This document shows positions 38,901 through 53,900 of a stretch of DNA of 64,000 nt, in pieces. The stretch comes from Phoronis australis (taxonomy: Eukaryota > Animalia > Phoronida). Both the position numbers and the translations under genes were made by a program. The notes beneath the pieces were generated by a model. The model made no database searches, was not told the origin of the DNA, and was given only the letters and a program-made list of their open reading frames with translations. The DNA lies in NCBI GenBank assembly GCA_002633005.1, contig NMRA01000610.1, positions 147,533-211,532 on the forward strand. The letters run 5' to 3'. Numbering within the stretch: position 1 is the first letter of the stretch; each line of letters begins with the position of its first letter.

Positions 38901-41900
38901 ATTTCAGACACTTTCAATTAAAATATTTTAACTATTACAATGTGTGTAGTCTGTGGTATCTTGAAAAATGTGTGATCATTGGACGATCTGTTTAAAAACG
39001 GATTTTCTAATCTAAAAAATCAAACAATTATCTGTTGCCAAAGAATGTACAATAAAAATGTTCATGTCAATCAATGAAGTAAAATATTTAAAATCAGTAA
39101 CACTCCGAAAGACAGATTCCAACTCATGACCTCAGCAGTCGTAGTGCATTACTTTGCTAGTGGAACTAAAGCACATTTTCAATAGGCTGGTTTGGAAGCC
39201 AATTACAAGAACTGGGCAACATCTAATAAATCACAAAACACATTCAATTTGTTGTTTTATAGCTCAGGTCCAAGCTAATAAATTCAAAAACTCTATACTC
39301 TCCGACAATAATCACAAAAATGCCATTTTTGACCAAAAAATGAAGCGTTTTCTTTTGCATTTTCATCCAGTGACAAGCAACAATGCCACACAAGTTAACT
39401 CACCTCCAGCTGACGGACGCTAATCCTGAGATCTGATTCGTTGAATTCATATGGCACATTCCATCCCAAGGGACCAAATTTCCGCCGTTCTTGAATCAAA
39501 GCGTGGAAAAAGCAAAGACCAAAGAGCAACTTTTCAAATACCTGAAACGAGACAATCAACCTGTGACTATGATTGGCCTTGTAACTTGACAGATGTGTCA
39601 GGACCATAAAAAGGTAAGAATTATTGGATTGGGGCACACAGAAAAGTTTGGCCATCTCAATCATTTTTTGGGTTCTGTTGATTCTTTATCACTGCAACAA
39701 GAGGCATTACCTTGAGTTGGGTCTGAAGAAGGTATTGTGCGAAGTACTTACCTTAAGTTAGATCGGACTGGATGGTATTGCACAAGGACACAACTATCGA
39801 GTTGGATTTGTTTGAAACGCTTATGCATTTGATATCTTAGAAAATTTAATGTACTACACGATGCACTTACATCAGTTTGGATTTGCATGTAGGGTATAAC
39901 ATGAGGCACTAACCACGGAATTGATTTCCTTGGATGGTATTAAGAAAGGCACTTACCCAGGTTTAAATTGGTTGATAGATATTACATGAAGCATTATTTT
40001 ACACTTATGCACTATAATATGCACTATATTTTTGATTTACGTTGCACCGAGTCTACTCAAACCCCTCACCTTGGGCTTGTTGCAGCCATTAAAGAACTGT
40101 GGATCTGAGATAGGGTCGTTCAAATATGATCGTAAGAGATTGGCCCTTAGCCCTTTTGGCGGCTCATTGGTCATTTTCACGCTGTTTTGTAACACAGACA
40201 CTGGGAAATCTGGTGACGGATAACTAGTCAACCACAGACGAAAGTTGACGTGAGTCTTGGAGGCATCGGTGATGACCTACAAGAGAAGACATGTCATGAA
40301 TATTCACGTCTCGAATTTACAAAAAAAAACAAAAATGCGAACTTCTGAGCAGCATTGACCACAACATTCTAAATTTAACAATCATTGAAACTGAGACATT
40401 CATTTTATACAATATCAAAAAAAAGAGCGTAATCATAATTATGCAGATTTTTCACTAATATATGAATTGGTGGTAAGTATGAAACGATCCATACAAGTTT
40501 CTGTCATTACTTCTTGGTTTCGAATTACTCTCGTTTCTAAAAGTTTTATTTAATTTGAACTACATCATGAAAGGCACTTGAACAAATTACAGGAAACCCC
40601 TTCAATCCAATTTAGCACTGCCATAACTCGCACCACTCACCGTCTCACATATTCGTTGCAAGTCACCCAACCACGATGCCGCCAGGTGGCAGTTCTGCAG
40701 CACAACCCATGTTCCAGCTTGGATAGCCTAAAATGAATGCTCAAAATTGAGACATTGAAGACATTATAACATCAAACAAAATTCTGATGAAATATGGCAG
40801 ATCAAGAGAACAAGAACAGCACTACAGCATGATATGGTAGATAATTGTTTCACAGTGTTGAACTTTGCAACAAACATTTCCCACAAGTTTTCAAAAAAAC
40901 TCTACCTGTGCGACATACTATTATCTGCTTAGTATTTTTACGAATAGAGAGACCACAAGGGGGCGCATTAATTAATACTGAGATCACTAGCAAGACACTT
41001 CCTTGAATAGACCAGAGAGTTAACTGTCTTACAAACTCTTTCCTCTCAAAATTTAGCATAACATTCCAAAATAGCTGTCCAGTCACTTTCAGTGTCTATC
41101 ATGCAACTGCAAGTTTGTAAGGTCGCGAGTTGACTCGCGCAACTCTTAGCATTATCTCAGTGCCCAAAAGAAACCTGAGCTTTAGTGAACACCCCCTGTT
41201 GACACTACTTCACACTAGCACAAAACAGACAAACAACACTTGTCTGCCTACGCAAACAGAAACACTTAAATACCTCATTGATCATTTTTTCGGCAATAGG
41301 ACCTTGACCTTGGCCGAGAGAGATGGTCTTGAGTCTGGATCCTCCCATTCCTGAATAAACAAGTTTTTGCGTGCATCAAGATATTTCATACTAATCATTA
41401 CCTTAATGCACAAAAACGGGTGATGGCACTCTTGACGATATAGTTCTCCAAGTGTGACATTAAACATGATTTCAAGGGAAATGCAAGTTTACAACATAAA
41501 GTGCAAAATTTGTGCAGTAAATTCACAAAAATATCTGCAACGAATGACATCCCTTTCTAATTAATATCGGAAACAGTTTTGATTGACTTTCAGTTAAAAT
41601 ATAGTAACCCAAAACATTAACAAATTATTACAGTACCAAAAAATCGTGATGTTAAAACAAACCTGAAGCAAGTTGCCAAGGTTACAACAACAATGTGCAA
41701 TTTGTGCTTTAATCCAATTTTCCCAAAACCTGCATAACAAATTAAAGTGCAGTGCTGGGCATGTGCAAAGCAGGATACTGCCTAATCCAGATTTCTCAAA
41801 CGAGTTCAATTAAACTCAACATAAATTTCTTATAAGTTTCAGCCATACTAGGAACACACGCAAAATACCAGAATGAAGACAACCAGGGAAGTCTAATTCT

Positions 41901-44900
41901 TCATATTCAATGGGTGGGTTGACCAGAAGATTTAGTGCTCACTAGTAGACAACTTGCCAGAGACCTAACAGTACAGCCAAGGCTACTGTAACGTCATACA
42001 GGAATTAATAACATCCATTTGTTAAACCAGAGAGTTGTAAATTTAGCTGGCAAATACCTCATGGGGCAGAACTTCCCCATGAAATGCGCTGTGAAAATGA
42101 CCCTTTCAATTAAAAAGTTTGCGTTAAGTTCAATTGAAATTCCAGAAAAGGTTCCAGTTTCTTCACTTCTTATCTGATTTCCACCTTAAAAACACAGTTT
42201 GATGGCATATGCAGTATGTTGAGTAAGTATATTAGGCAGATAAACAATAACCATGTGACCTGCTGGGTGCAAGTGCAGGGATTACAGCTGCAAATCAGAA
42301 AGTGTGGATCATACACTTGGACATGCAATACAACAGACACGAGGGGCGGGGCTTAGAGCAAGGTCCGTTTTGGAAGGGGAGGGGCTTCATAAAAATGCAT
42401 AGAAGGGATGGGCTAGTAATGACGGGAAGGTCCATTATGGTCGGGATGTCAGAGTGCAAATAGAGGGTAGAGTTCATTAGCATTCTCGCAACTTGAAAAA
42501 CAGGTAGTAGCTAAAATCGTGACTGTGTTTCCTTTAAAAGACGAAAAGGCAATATCTTCCAAAGTCTTGCTTTTCTAGCGAGGTCCAAGTGTTATTGAAC
42601 TCTACCAAGCATCAGGGAGGGGCTTGGAATAGGGGAAGGTTTAAAGAAGGGAAGTCATAGAGTGCTGCAATACACATGGGGACAGGCTCGGGATAGGGCC
42701 AACATCTGAAGAAGAATAGAGAATTCAATACAGACATGCACACAAGGAGTTGGGCTTGAGATATGGGCAAGGTTCATTGTAGAAGGCAAGTTACATATAG
42801 TTAGATGGAGTGCTCAACATAGACATGTACACAAGCAGTGAAGCCCGAGATATGGGCAAGGTCCATTGTAATAGGGATGTTATATGTAGTTAGATGGAGT
42901 GCTCAACACATACACAAGGTCAAGGGGTAGAGCTTGAAATATGGGCAAGGTGAATTGTAGAAGGTAAGTAAGAGTGCTTAACACAGACATGTGCACAAGG
43001 CATGGGGCTTGAGTCATGGGCAAGGTCCATTGTGGAAGGGGGGGGGGTTAGGTGGAGTGCTGGTCACATACTGGCGATGCGTTCTTGATTAATGGCATCC
43101 TGACCAAGAACAAGTGCCGTGTTGGACTTCAGCTGGTGGCTGGTGTTCGTGCGGGTTTGCAAACTGCGAGGAATTAGACCTAGACAGGGTGGATAACTCC
43201 AAACTGTTAGTGCTTGTGGTCAAAGTCTTCATCAAACAAAGCTGAACACATGGTGGCTAAACGATCAAACTGAAAGTCAGTAATGAAATGGTATATTGCA
43301 AAACAGGAATCGGAACGTTCACGCAGCCACACAAACAGGGAAAGAATCACTAGTATTGAAACAGAACATTAAGCTGTTGTTAAAAACACCACACACAGTA
43401 AATATGGCATGGTTCAGCCCAAGTAAATCCAACATAAAAAGAAACCAGGTTATGAATTTGCTTCGTGATAACAATTTGTAGAATTAATAACAATACACTT
43501 TATTTTGAATTAAGTTATTACGAAAGCAATCTAGTTTTCTAAACACACACAACTTGTTTCACACAGTCACCAATAAGATGTAAAAGTTAAGTGTAATATT
43601 CACACACAAAACTACCAACACTCGTAGACAAAACAAGCCAAATGTACCTTTTTCTTCAGCAAATTTATACAAGCCAGCCATTGGATCAGCTCCAGGAGAC
43701 AGAACGAATATCATTGGTGTAAAGAACTGCGAATCCTTGAAGCTGATTGTCAGGTCAAAGGTCGGAGGTTCAATGTACTGCTGGCTCATGTTGGCAACAA
43801 TGAAAGCCTGTGCTGCTGGCACCATCTGTGGTGAAAAAGTAGAAATGACAGTAACGACAAAATGGCCGACTACGTAACTGATGATTCAGAGTGGGCAGTT
43901 AGCACAAGGCAGAGATGCGACACTGCATGAATCAGCTCAAGGAAACTGAAAGATGAACAATGTGATTCTTAATATGACCAATTTCTCACCTGTTCAAGCA
44001 ATTATTTCATCGAAGAAATTCAAAATATTAATGTTCAGCTGCTGAAACGTATGAAACCCACAACAGCTCATTTTCGAAAATTGCTGACATTTGACAGCAG
44101 ATTCATTTGATCACATTTCATTCTCAAGCACTGGCAACAATCTGAGGATTCAATTTTGGCAACCCAGCTGCCAAAAAGGACTACAGGCTTACTCAATAAG
44201 TTTCTTTAATTACTTTTATTAAAGTTTCAGCCTGTGTTCAACATGGTTTCAAAAAGTTACTGACAACATTTTTGAAAGAAACAAAAAATAGTACCAACTA
44301 CAAAACAGAATCCACTCGCTTCAAAACTATCAAACCAAAAGCGCATAAGCTGAAAACAAAGCAGTCAATGCAAATTAGACTACAACTAGAACCACAATCT
44401 GAAAATACCTTATCTGGTCTCAAACACCGTAGTACTATCAGTTTTTGCAGCCGGTTGAGTTTCTCATCCCAGGGTTCGGGTAATGGTTCAGTGTCTGGGG
44501 TCGTGGAGTCATAAATCTTCTTCCATAAACTTGTCTAAAACAAAAAGTGGTTAGGTAAAGAAAAATGCACTAAAAAGTAAAATTTCTCAATAAAGAACGT
44601 AATCGTGACATTAGAGTTTCGTTGAGATTTGGCTCAATCCAGCTTCAAAGCCAGTCTTTCATAAAACATGACGGATTGAGCAATTTTAAACATTGGAAAC
44701 TTAGAAAACTATTTTGGACTAAGGACTACTAACATTTTGCTTAAAATGTTCCATAAAGCCCCGGAAAGCTGGTAAGTCAGAAGCTCTGACAATCTCCGCC
44801 CATGATTTCTCAGTCAGCCAATCAGCTGCAGGATTCAGGAAGGGATTCTCCAAAGCCACACCTCCTGTCAATAAGAATCTCCACTCTCTGTCATCCACCT

Positions 44901-47900
44901 GTCCTCTGGAAAGTTTCAAAGATTGAGTGGTTAAAACAAGCTAATATCAAGCAATTAATTTTATACATGGGAAAATATTCACTCATCCAGGTGCAGCAGG
45001 GATGCGAAAAAATCTGGTCGACATAAAACTTGAACTTCCTGCTTGAATTATTTCCCAGTCATTTACTGTTCTTGGATCATGAACTATGACTGATGAATGA
45101 ATTTTGCCGAGCCTAAAAGCACATTTCAGGTTGGACTATTCGAGTCCAATAGGGGATAATAAAGCAATTGCTTTGTCAGCCAGGACCATAATCCCTCGGT
45201 TAAGCTGCATTCAACTGGGATATTTGTACGACTAAGAGCAAGGTTCACAAAGCACAGATTTCAATGACCATGTGCGTCAATTTCACACGGCCTATCATGT
45301 GTAACTGACACCGATGATTTACAAACGTTCGAAAAATTCTAAACCACTATGTCGATTAATTACTCCCCCAGTCCAAAATGGAACAATGTCAGATGATTCT
45401 TGTATTGAGTGCAAAATCCATAAGTCAACAGCGCACAATGTCATTCAGTTAAATTTCATTTTATCTAATGAACTGTGCAGAACGGGGCAACTTTGGTGAT
45501 GTGCTGAAATTACAACTAGATGCCAAAACAAATTAAACACAATGAATTCTGGAACAGGCTGCATGCTAGCCTTCCATAGGTGTCCCACAAGCAAAATGTA
45601 ACAAAGCAACGTTCTTGTCGACAAGTTTCCGTATCTTACTGGTTTAAGCCCATTGGCTGTAATTGGGTAGTTTCAAAAACAAGGGGTGTACTTATATGCA
45701 ATAACAACCCAATATTCAGGGGAGGGTCTTTACGTGGCAGTGGGCTTACACCAGAGCTTGATACGTCAGAGGTACAACTAGATCCACTACCAAAGGTAAC
45801 TTACTCTCCCTTAAGAATTCCTATACAGAGTATAAACGAGAAGAGCAGCTTGTCTTTCTCAAACAGTGACCGACACACGTTCTGATAGATACTGTACGTG
45901 AAGTGTTTGTTCAGGTTGAAGATTCTCTGCTCCAGTTCATTGGACGGCTCACTATTGTCAATAGACTGGAAATAAGGAACAGCATTATTATTTTTACTAA
46001 TTTTATTTCAGAATAATTTCAATGTATGAAATTAAGCCAGCAAATCCTGGCAACATTGACAGTATTAACATTTACAGCAAGAAAATATAACAAGTTAGAT
46101 ATTGTCTTACACAATGGTGGATGTTTTTTCTGCACCACACAACACCAAATGCTACAAAATTATACAGTAAAATCTCACTAGTTTTGGACAAATTATCCGC
46201 CAAATCTGTCCAGACTTCTCACAAGATTGTAATGTAAGTGCCCACAACTCTTAATAATATCACACGATGGTATCCACAGCTATAGAAATTCCCAAATCTT
46301 GAAGCATTAACATAAATGTGGTGCTCCTTGTCACGTACGAAAAAAAGAAAAACAGTAATTATTTTTCATTTAACGTCAGTATCCAACATTGTTGAGGTTT
46401 CACCGTGGTGCCAACTAATACTGCAAAACCCAAGTCCATTTTGGACAGGTGTGACATCTTCTCAAATGACTTACCTGAAGATACAGGTTAATGAACCAGG
46501 TGAGAGAGTATTGATACATGGGGTCAATGTTGGCCAGGTCAGATATACTGAAGAACAGTATACTCCCATGTTTGGCCACCGGTTTATACCCGTTCCTCAC
46601 GTCATCAATTTCACGCTCCGTCTTGCTAGCAATCTCCTGTTTTGCTGCGATCTCCTCAGACAACACTTTGCTGGAGGAAAGGATCTCGATGGCGGTCTCG
46701 TCTTCTAAAATGTTTCCCTGTTGGAAAACAGAAAATTCATTGTGAACTTTGGTGCAATCTCATCTATGAGGACATTTTTGGTGAGTGACATGTATGCATC
46801 TTGGAAATTAAACACAGTTGACATAAATGTTCTACTTCTAGTCAATTTTCCAAATAGCTCATGTGTGGAAATGAAAATTTCTGCCAAAATACTAAGTGAA
46901 TCAGCGCCTGAATTGGAAAAAGTGTGAATTGTTTCAATAGGTACCACTAATGAATGCAAAAAACTGGTCTTCTGTACACTTCATGATGCTTTGATGTATG
47001 GCAGACAAAGAAAAAATGCTAGTTTGCTAATGGAAAGAAATTAAATTCCCAGACACACTCAATCACAAAAGCGGGTGTCCCTGAATGCCATATTGTTTTG
47101 CTTTTTCTTGTGTCATCACAGGGCAAAAACTATGTTAACATACAGTTCACAATAAAAATAGCCAGACAAAAATTATCAAGAATTCACCCAATGTGACAAC
47201 AAGCTGCATTTGCCATACTTTTAGCTTAGTACAAGTAGAATTCACCATGGCCAGAGAAGCCGGAATGAGGGGTCATGGCTCGTCAGTTCCACTCAAACAG
47301 AACAAGTTCCAAGCCAACTTGAGTTTAATGACCGGTAGCCCTGCATCGCAGAAGAAAAAACACGTGACTCGATCAAACTTGCCAAGTGCTGGACCTGTTC
47401 CAGCACCAGAACAGTTCCAAGAGGCATCAGACTCACGGTGGAGTCGTTACCCAAGACCTAAGCGGTGGGAGAAGGGAAGGGTGGTTCCGACTCACCTGCG
47501 ATGAAGATAACACCTCCAGTATCTTGTCCTCTATCTCCTTCAGCTGCCGTCGGTTCTTGGCACTCTCCAGGATCAACTGGTTTTTCTTCTCCTCCAGTTC
47601 AGGCTTCTCCTTGGCTGCCACCGTCCCCAACAGCTGGTCCTCTAGTCCCATTGGTGTGATCATGAAGTTAAGCAGAGTCACCTGGAGGAGGATAACAAAA
47701 ATGTTGGGGTAAAATTTATTCAATCTGGGACAAAACAGTTGCTAAAATCGTAGAAGATAGACAACACAGTTGCAACTTTGATATTTTCACGTGGAATTTC
47801 CAGCAGAGAAGATACTTTCTAATTAGCAAGTAGACAGCTAACTTGCTGGAAGTAAAACTGTGACTTACAAAAGGTGGCAGTGACGTCACGGCACCATATC

Positions 47901-50900
47901 TTAAATGTCAATTGTCATATAGTGTTTGATTTTACTTTATTTCTGTTTCTGTTGACAGAGGTCGTTCTTACATCCGAAAATTTCAGTTGATCCATTCTGA
48001 CTTGTTGTTTTATTTACCTATTTATATTCTACATTTCGTGAAACAATAGTAACCTTGGGAGGATCTGGATCGCCTTATTTAGTTTCAGATTTATTTTCTA
48101 CGTTACATATTCTACAAAAAATGACTATCATTATCAATTATAGCATCTAGCAAAAAGAGCATATACTGCATTGTACTTACCTTCACGGACACCTCAGGCA
48201 GGTAGTGTGGGTTGCGGAGACTGGTGGTGATGTAGAACTTGAAGTCTTTACTGTACTCAACCACCTGGTCACCGATTCTGATGTAGTCAACGCTATTCTG
48301 AAATACAGATTGAGGAAAACATGTCAGAAAGAATGGAACCGTGTGGTGCTAGTCTGCCTTAGGACCCGTCTCAAATTTTCAACAATTTCCAGTGACTGCA
48401 AATCCTCTAATCTACTGATGAATCAGATCTAGTTGTCCATTGAATGACAATAATAGGGGCTTGGCGACCTGTCTCCATTCTAGTACACGAGTCTGTGAGT
48501 GAGAGATCACAGCATATAGACATTGACCAAGTCGAATCACTATACAGGTACCATCCCTTAACTATTATTATATCTGTTCAGAACAACTTTGCCTGATGTA
48601 ATTTTTGACAATTCATCGCTACCTGTTTGAATGTCTGTTTCAACAGTACTGGCTGCAACAAGGGGTCTAGTTCTTCTCCAACATTCTCCAGCAGACAGGG
48701 GTTGCCAAATTGTAGACAGTTCTCCAGGGTCCTGACATAGTTAGGGTCGCTCATTTTAATGATCGCCAGCTTGTTCGATTTCTCCATGTTCTTGACCCAT
48801 TTAGACGCCTGACCCTGGGGGTCAATCATCAGAGGCCAGCGGTTGCCCGATGTGACAATGATGCCATTGTCAACTGAGAAGCTAAAATAAAGGATTGGTA
48901 TCAAGATCTCAACGCTGCAGAAATTGAAAATAAATCACTAGAAAAAGGAACCATAGAGTAACACTTTTGTTCAAAACATCTGAATGAATTGTTCATCAGA
49001 GATAACAACCAAGATATCAGTCGTTTAATAAATATCTGAAATTTTACTAATAAGTAACTAAAGAAATTTCTCTTCATCAGCAACAGTTTAATAAGCTTTA
49101 CAAGAAACAAAAAAACAAGATGATATACGCACTCAAGGAACTCCATTATAACCTAATTCAACTTTTAAATTATTAATCGCACTAATAAATAATAAATTCA
49201 AATCAATGTAGTCACATCACACAACAGAATCAAAGACAGAGGATGGTGGCGCAGACCTTATTCACGCTGTCATCATTTCAAAAGGAGCCTCTTTTTAGGT
49301 TTAAAAAACAATACAATGAGACATAAATATAACGAAGCATGTGAAAATAATCAAGTTTTGCACTGTGATTAAGCGCAACTTACATTGTTTTTAAAATCTA
49401 AACGGAGGCTCTTTGTAACATGGCGACTGCGTGAATAAGGTGTATGGAATCAGATGCAATGGTCACTTGAAACAACTGTTAACCCAGTACCTGTCAACGG
49501 GGAGACCGGCGATATTCCAGTCACGGATCTTTACAGGATCGCCGAGCGTGTTCGACAGCGAGAAGTTCTCTGACAGGGGAATGCCTTTCTCCTTACACAT
49601 ATCATACCACTCCTTGAGACACTCCTGGCGATATGCCAAGATGAACGGACCTAGATACGCCACCACGCTGGCCGACAACAGGACGTCGCCCACGATGTTG
49701 TCGTAGGTGTCGGTCAGCGTCTGCACGTTGTGTGTCCACCGTTCTTTTTCACCGCCCAGTCCGCTGATCAGTTTCTCCGCGCGAATAATCTTGACCTTGG
49801 TGAGCTCAATGTTGGCCTCCAGATTCTGAAGGGTATTTTTTAATATTTGGCTTTAGAATTGAATAATAGTTTTCAAAAAATAATTGACTATGGTTCCTGT
49901 CATCATAAATTCATCTTGATAAAATTTCCAAGAAAAAATTTCCCGCTAATTTTCAAAAGGATTAAGCTTTCTAATTTTTAGAACAAGTTTCTTTCAGATT
50001 TTCATCTTAACTTCAATGAAGCCAGACCACTTTTGATGAAAATGGCCAACTACTATGAAAACTACAAGAGTTCACAAAATGTTTTGAGAATGGCCAAGGA
50101 TTGGTATGGACCGCCGACATATCACTCAAGAAAGTACTTTTCAGTCAATAATAAAACAATAGACTAAACATAACACTACACTGCAATGATAACTATGAAA
50201 TGCCTTGGTTAAAAGACCATCAACTATGAATGTTGTCTAGTCAGCACTAAGCTAACTGAGAGTTGGTGGAGAAAGATGATGTTGTAGGATCAAAGCAGAA
50301 AACTTGAAGTCTCCATTTTCGTACCATCTTTCTGAATAAACAAGACATACTACCTCTTACTAAAGATGTACATATTAAGTTTTCGCAACATCAAAATCAA
50401 AATTCTCAATCACTCACTTCTTTCTCTTGTTTCTTCATGCGGAAGTTTTCGTTCAGTGCGTCCATCTTGTCGGTCACCACCTTCAGCTCTTTTCGTTTCT
50501 CCGCCAACTTGTCCATCTGACCCTTCAACGCCGACATGGCGGCTGCAAGACTCTCCTGCGGTGAAAATGAAATAATTGAAATTATGAAGGACATTCACAA
50601 AGTGCGCAGACCATGATTACTCCATCATACATACTAGGTGTCCTACTACAAGATCTTCATCTGATTCAGTTAAACCCATAGAGCACCTCCCTTACGTTCA
50701 CAACACATAGGAGTCAAATTTAAAAAAGCCACATCGTACATTTCCAAAAATTAAAATAATATTTGAAATTTTTCTGTCAGATGACTGTATTAAAACAAAA
50801 AAGTACATGCCAGTGTCACCAGTAGTTCCAAACGTATAGGCATGATACTATTTGCAGGTTACATTTCACCCCGTTTATCTGGCTAAACTTAAAATTTAAT

Positions 50901-53900
50901 TTAATTACTAGGCAATTTTAATCACCATAAAATAAGTGTTACAATCAGCCAAAATGCAGGACCACAAATTCCAAAACATTTTCTTGAGTCACTTGTAAAT
51001 AACAGAACAAAATCCTATCACAGTATGGAAAACTATGAGACCGATTTAATAAGAGTAGAAAGCCCAATATAAATTTTTAATTTTTAACCAACAAAGCATG
51101 ATCAACTACAGCTTTAAGAGGCACAATATATCGCATTACAAAAATCACCAACAAAACAAGCTCAATGCAAACTATTTTTAATGAGCACAGTGTCATGTTC
51201 AAGAGTGAAGAAAACAGCATACCTTTTTAGGGGCCACGACCTTCGCAACCTGGTCATAGACCTCCAACGCAAGGACCCACTTGCACATACCCTCACACGC
51301 CGAGGACACCTTTTGGATGATCTCTGGCTTGAACTCCGAGTTCGTCACATAATCTTTGCGAATCTTGTTCATCACCGCTACGGGGATGTTGTCTTTGTCG
51401 TAATCCTTCAGCGACTCCAAGAACTTCATGTCGCCAAGCATCTAGTCAGAGAAGAATGAAAAGTTAAGTCCAACACAGATTAATCTCATCAAAGATTTTG
51501 GACAGCCAAAGAAGGGAAACAAAAATAGAGAGACATTCGGCAAAAATGAGAAGAGATCATAAGATCAATATTTTCAAAACCACCTGTATTTTATCTACAA
51601 TTCTAGTAGATGGAAGGGCATTCTTTTAAACCACCATTAATATTTTGTGTGGTACCATGAATTGGACAGAGAACCTGAAGATTTTGAAGAGGTGGGCAGT
51701 TTCAAATTACTAAATGTAGGTCATTTAATTAGTAATACCTTTTTGGCTGCAGGCCAGTAGTCGTCGTATGGTTTGCCTCTGTCATCTGTTTTCCTCTCGG
51801 GTTTGATACCCTGTAAAAATATCATAACAGATTTTATACCTTCCTTTTCGTCCATCTTCAATATCTAACACGGACCGTAACACACAAGTTAACACAGATA
51901 TGGCATTTGCATGCTTTGTTCATGGTGCAAACACTGAAAACGGTCATGCTGCCATGTTATCGTCATACTGAATAAGAGAATTGGCCAAAACAACAGTGGT
52001 TCTGCAAAATCTGATATCAATACTGGTCAATGAAACTTTGCTAAATTCTAGGCATGAGGACCAACATCATGTTATAACCTTTTATCTGGATATTGCAGCC
52101 CAACAGAAACTCAACTTGAACTTTATAAAGAAGACATCCACTTTTTTGTAGAAACCGTTTCACACACTTGGTCTATAAGACTTAGATGGTGTTCACTTGT
52201 CTTTATGTCAGTTTAGTGGAGACAAGACGACAGACAAACCTTCATGATACAGATGGCTTCCATGACGAGTTTGACACCAGACGGCGGATTTGTCATGGTC
52301 TTCACGAGACTGATGTCATTTTGTTTGAGTGTGTTCAGAGCAGCAATGGCAGCATTCAGAGCCGGCATGGCTTCAGCAAGTTTAGCTTCACATTCATCCT
52401 ACAATAAAAGTACATTCATCAACCAATAGTAAGCAAGATTATACAGACTGGGTCCAGAGTTCATTCTCTGTGTCTGCTCAAAAACCCCACATCTATAAAT
52501 AAGTTAACGTGATCAACAAGAAAACCCGCAACTCCATGGCTCATGCAGACACAACCTCTTCATACCAAATACCCATCACCTCGTCAAACATTGAATAAAA
52601 CTTTGTAGTGTTTTAATCAGTTCATACAGCACCACACTATATCGTCCACCATGCCGTTCCAAGTTACACCTTGTATCTTGAACATATAGCCTGACAGATT
52701 TATTAGCCAAAAAAATTTCAGAGCAAAAGAAACTACGACTCAGCCAAATACCTTCTGTGGAATGTTTGGGTTGCATATTGCTTCACACTACGTTCATACA
52801 CCACCGTACACACCACCTTTAGAGTCAATGACTACTTAGCATTTTTTTGCACCACATGACACCTTGCTGCAACATGCATCACTGCGTTGGACTTCACCCT
52901 AATAGCATGTGATTCCATTGCCACCTATTGACCAACACATGCTGCACCTTACCATTGCTAAACCACATTGCATCTCACCTCTATAGCCAATGATTCCATG
53001 GCAATCTATTGGCCACTGCACTTTGCACCTCACCTTACTATTGTTGCTCCACACTGTACTTCACCCTACTATTGCTGCACCACACTGTACCTCACCCTAC
53101 TATTGCTGCACCACACTGTAGCTCACCTTAATAGCTTGTGACTCCATGGCTGCCTTATTGGCCACTGCCTCATCAGCCTCCACTACTTTCTTCACCGCCT
53201 CTACTTCCTCTGTCTCCTTCTCAATCACTTTGATCAGATCCTCCGTCTCCTTGCTAGTCTTGATCAACATCGGCTGTAGCTCCTGCAACTCTTCTTTCAT
53301 CACCGAGATCTGGGAAGAACAAAAAATAATCATGTAAACTAAAAGAACCTGCTATCAGCCGGGAAAAAGAAGAAAATCTACAGAAAAGTCATTAATTTAA
53401 AAACAAAACTATAGAAAAACTCTGTTCTGCATGCCACCTGTTGGTCACGTTATGTAATGTGACCAACAGGAGGCACGCAGACCAGAATTAAAATTGTTCA
53501 TGATCTATATTTCTACGCCAATTCAACATCAATTCAAAAAAAAACTGACAATTATCCATTCTTTCTTTAATGAAGACAGCTGAAGACAGCACAAAACTGG
53601 TAAAGAAAGATCCAGCTTCTGGAACACAGAACAGATGAAGGTCCGATTACTTGATAGGAAAAAATAAAATACCTTGAAGGTTCTGCTGCTTGGAAAGAAG
53701 ATATGAGATAAAAAAAATCTTTGAAGCTACCAACAGAAAATATTTTGAAAAATTGCAGGCATTCAGAACATTCTGGTATAAGTCCTTGAACAATATATCA
53801 AAACGAAAAAAGTTCAATTTTGGCAATAACTTGACGTCCGATATAGGTGGGATATTACCGTAGTCTGGAAAACCTGACAATTAGAACAGCCTCGGTACAT

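Noticed and set aside
39700-53125. CRISPR-like arrays in the repeated regions
   Set aside because: The units are degenerate tandem minisatellites without constant repeats and unique spacers, in a eukaryotic context with no cas genes.
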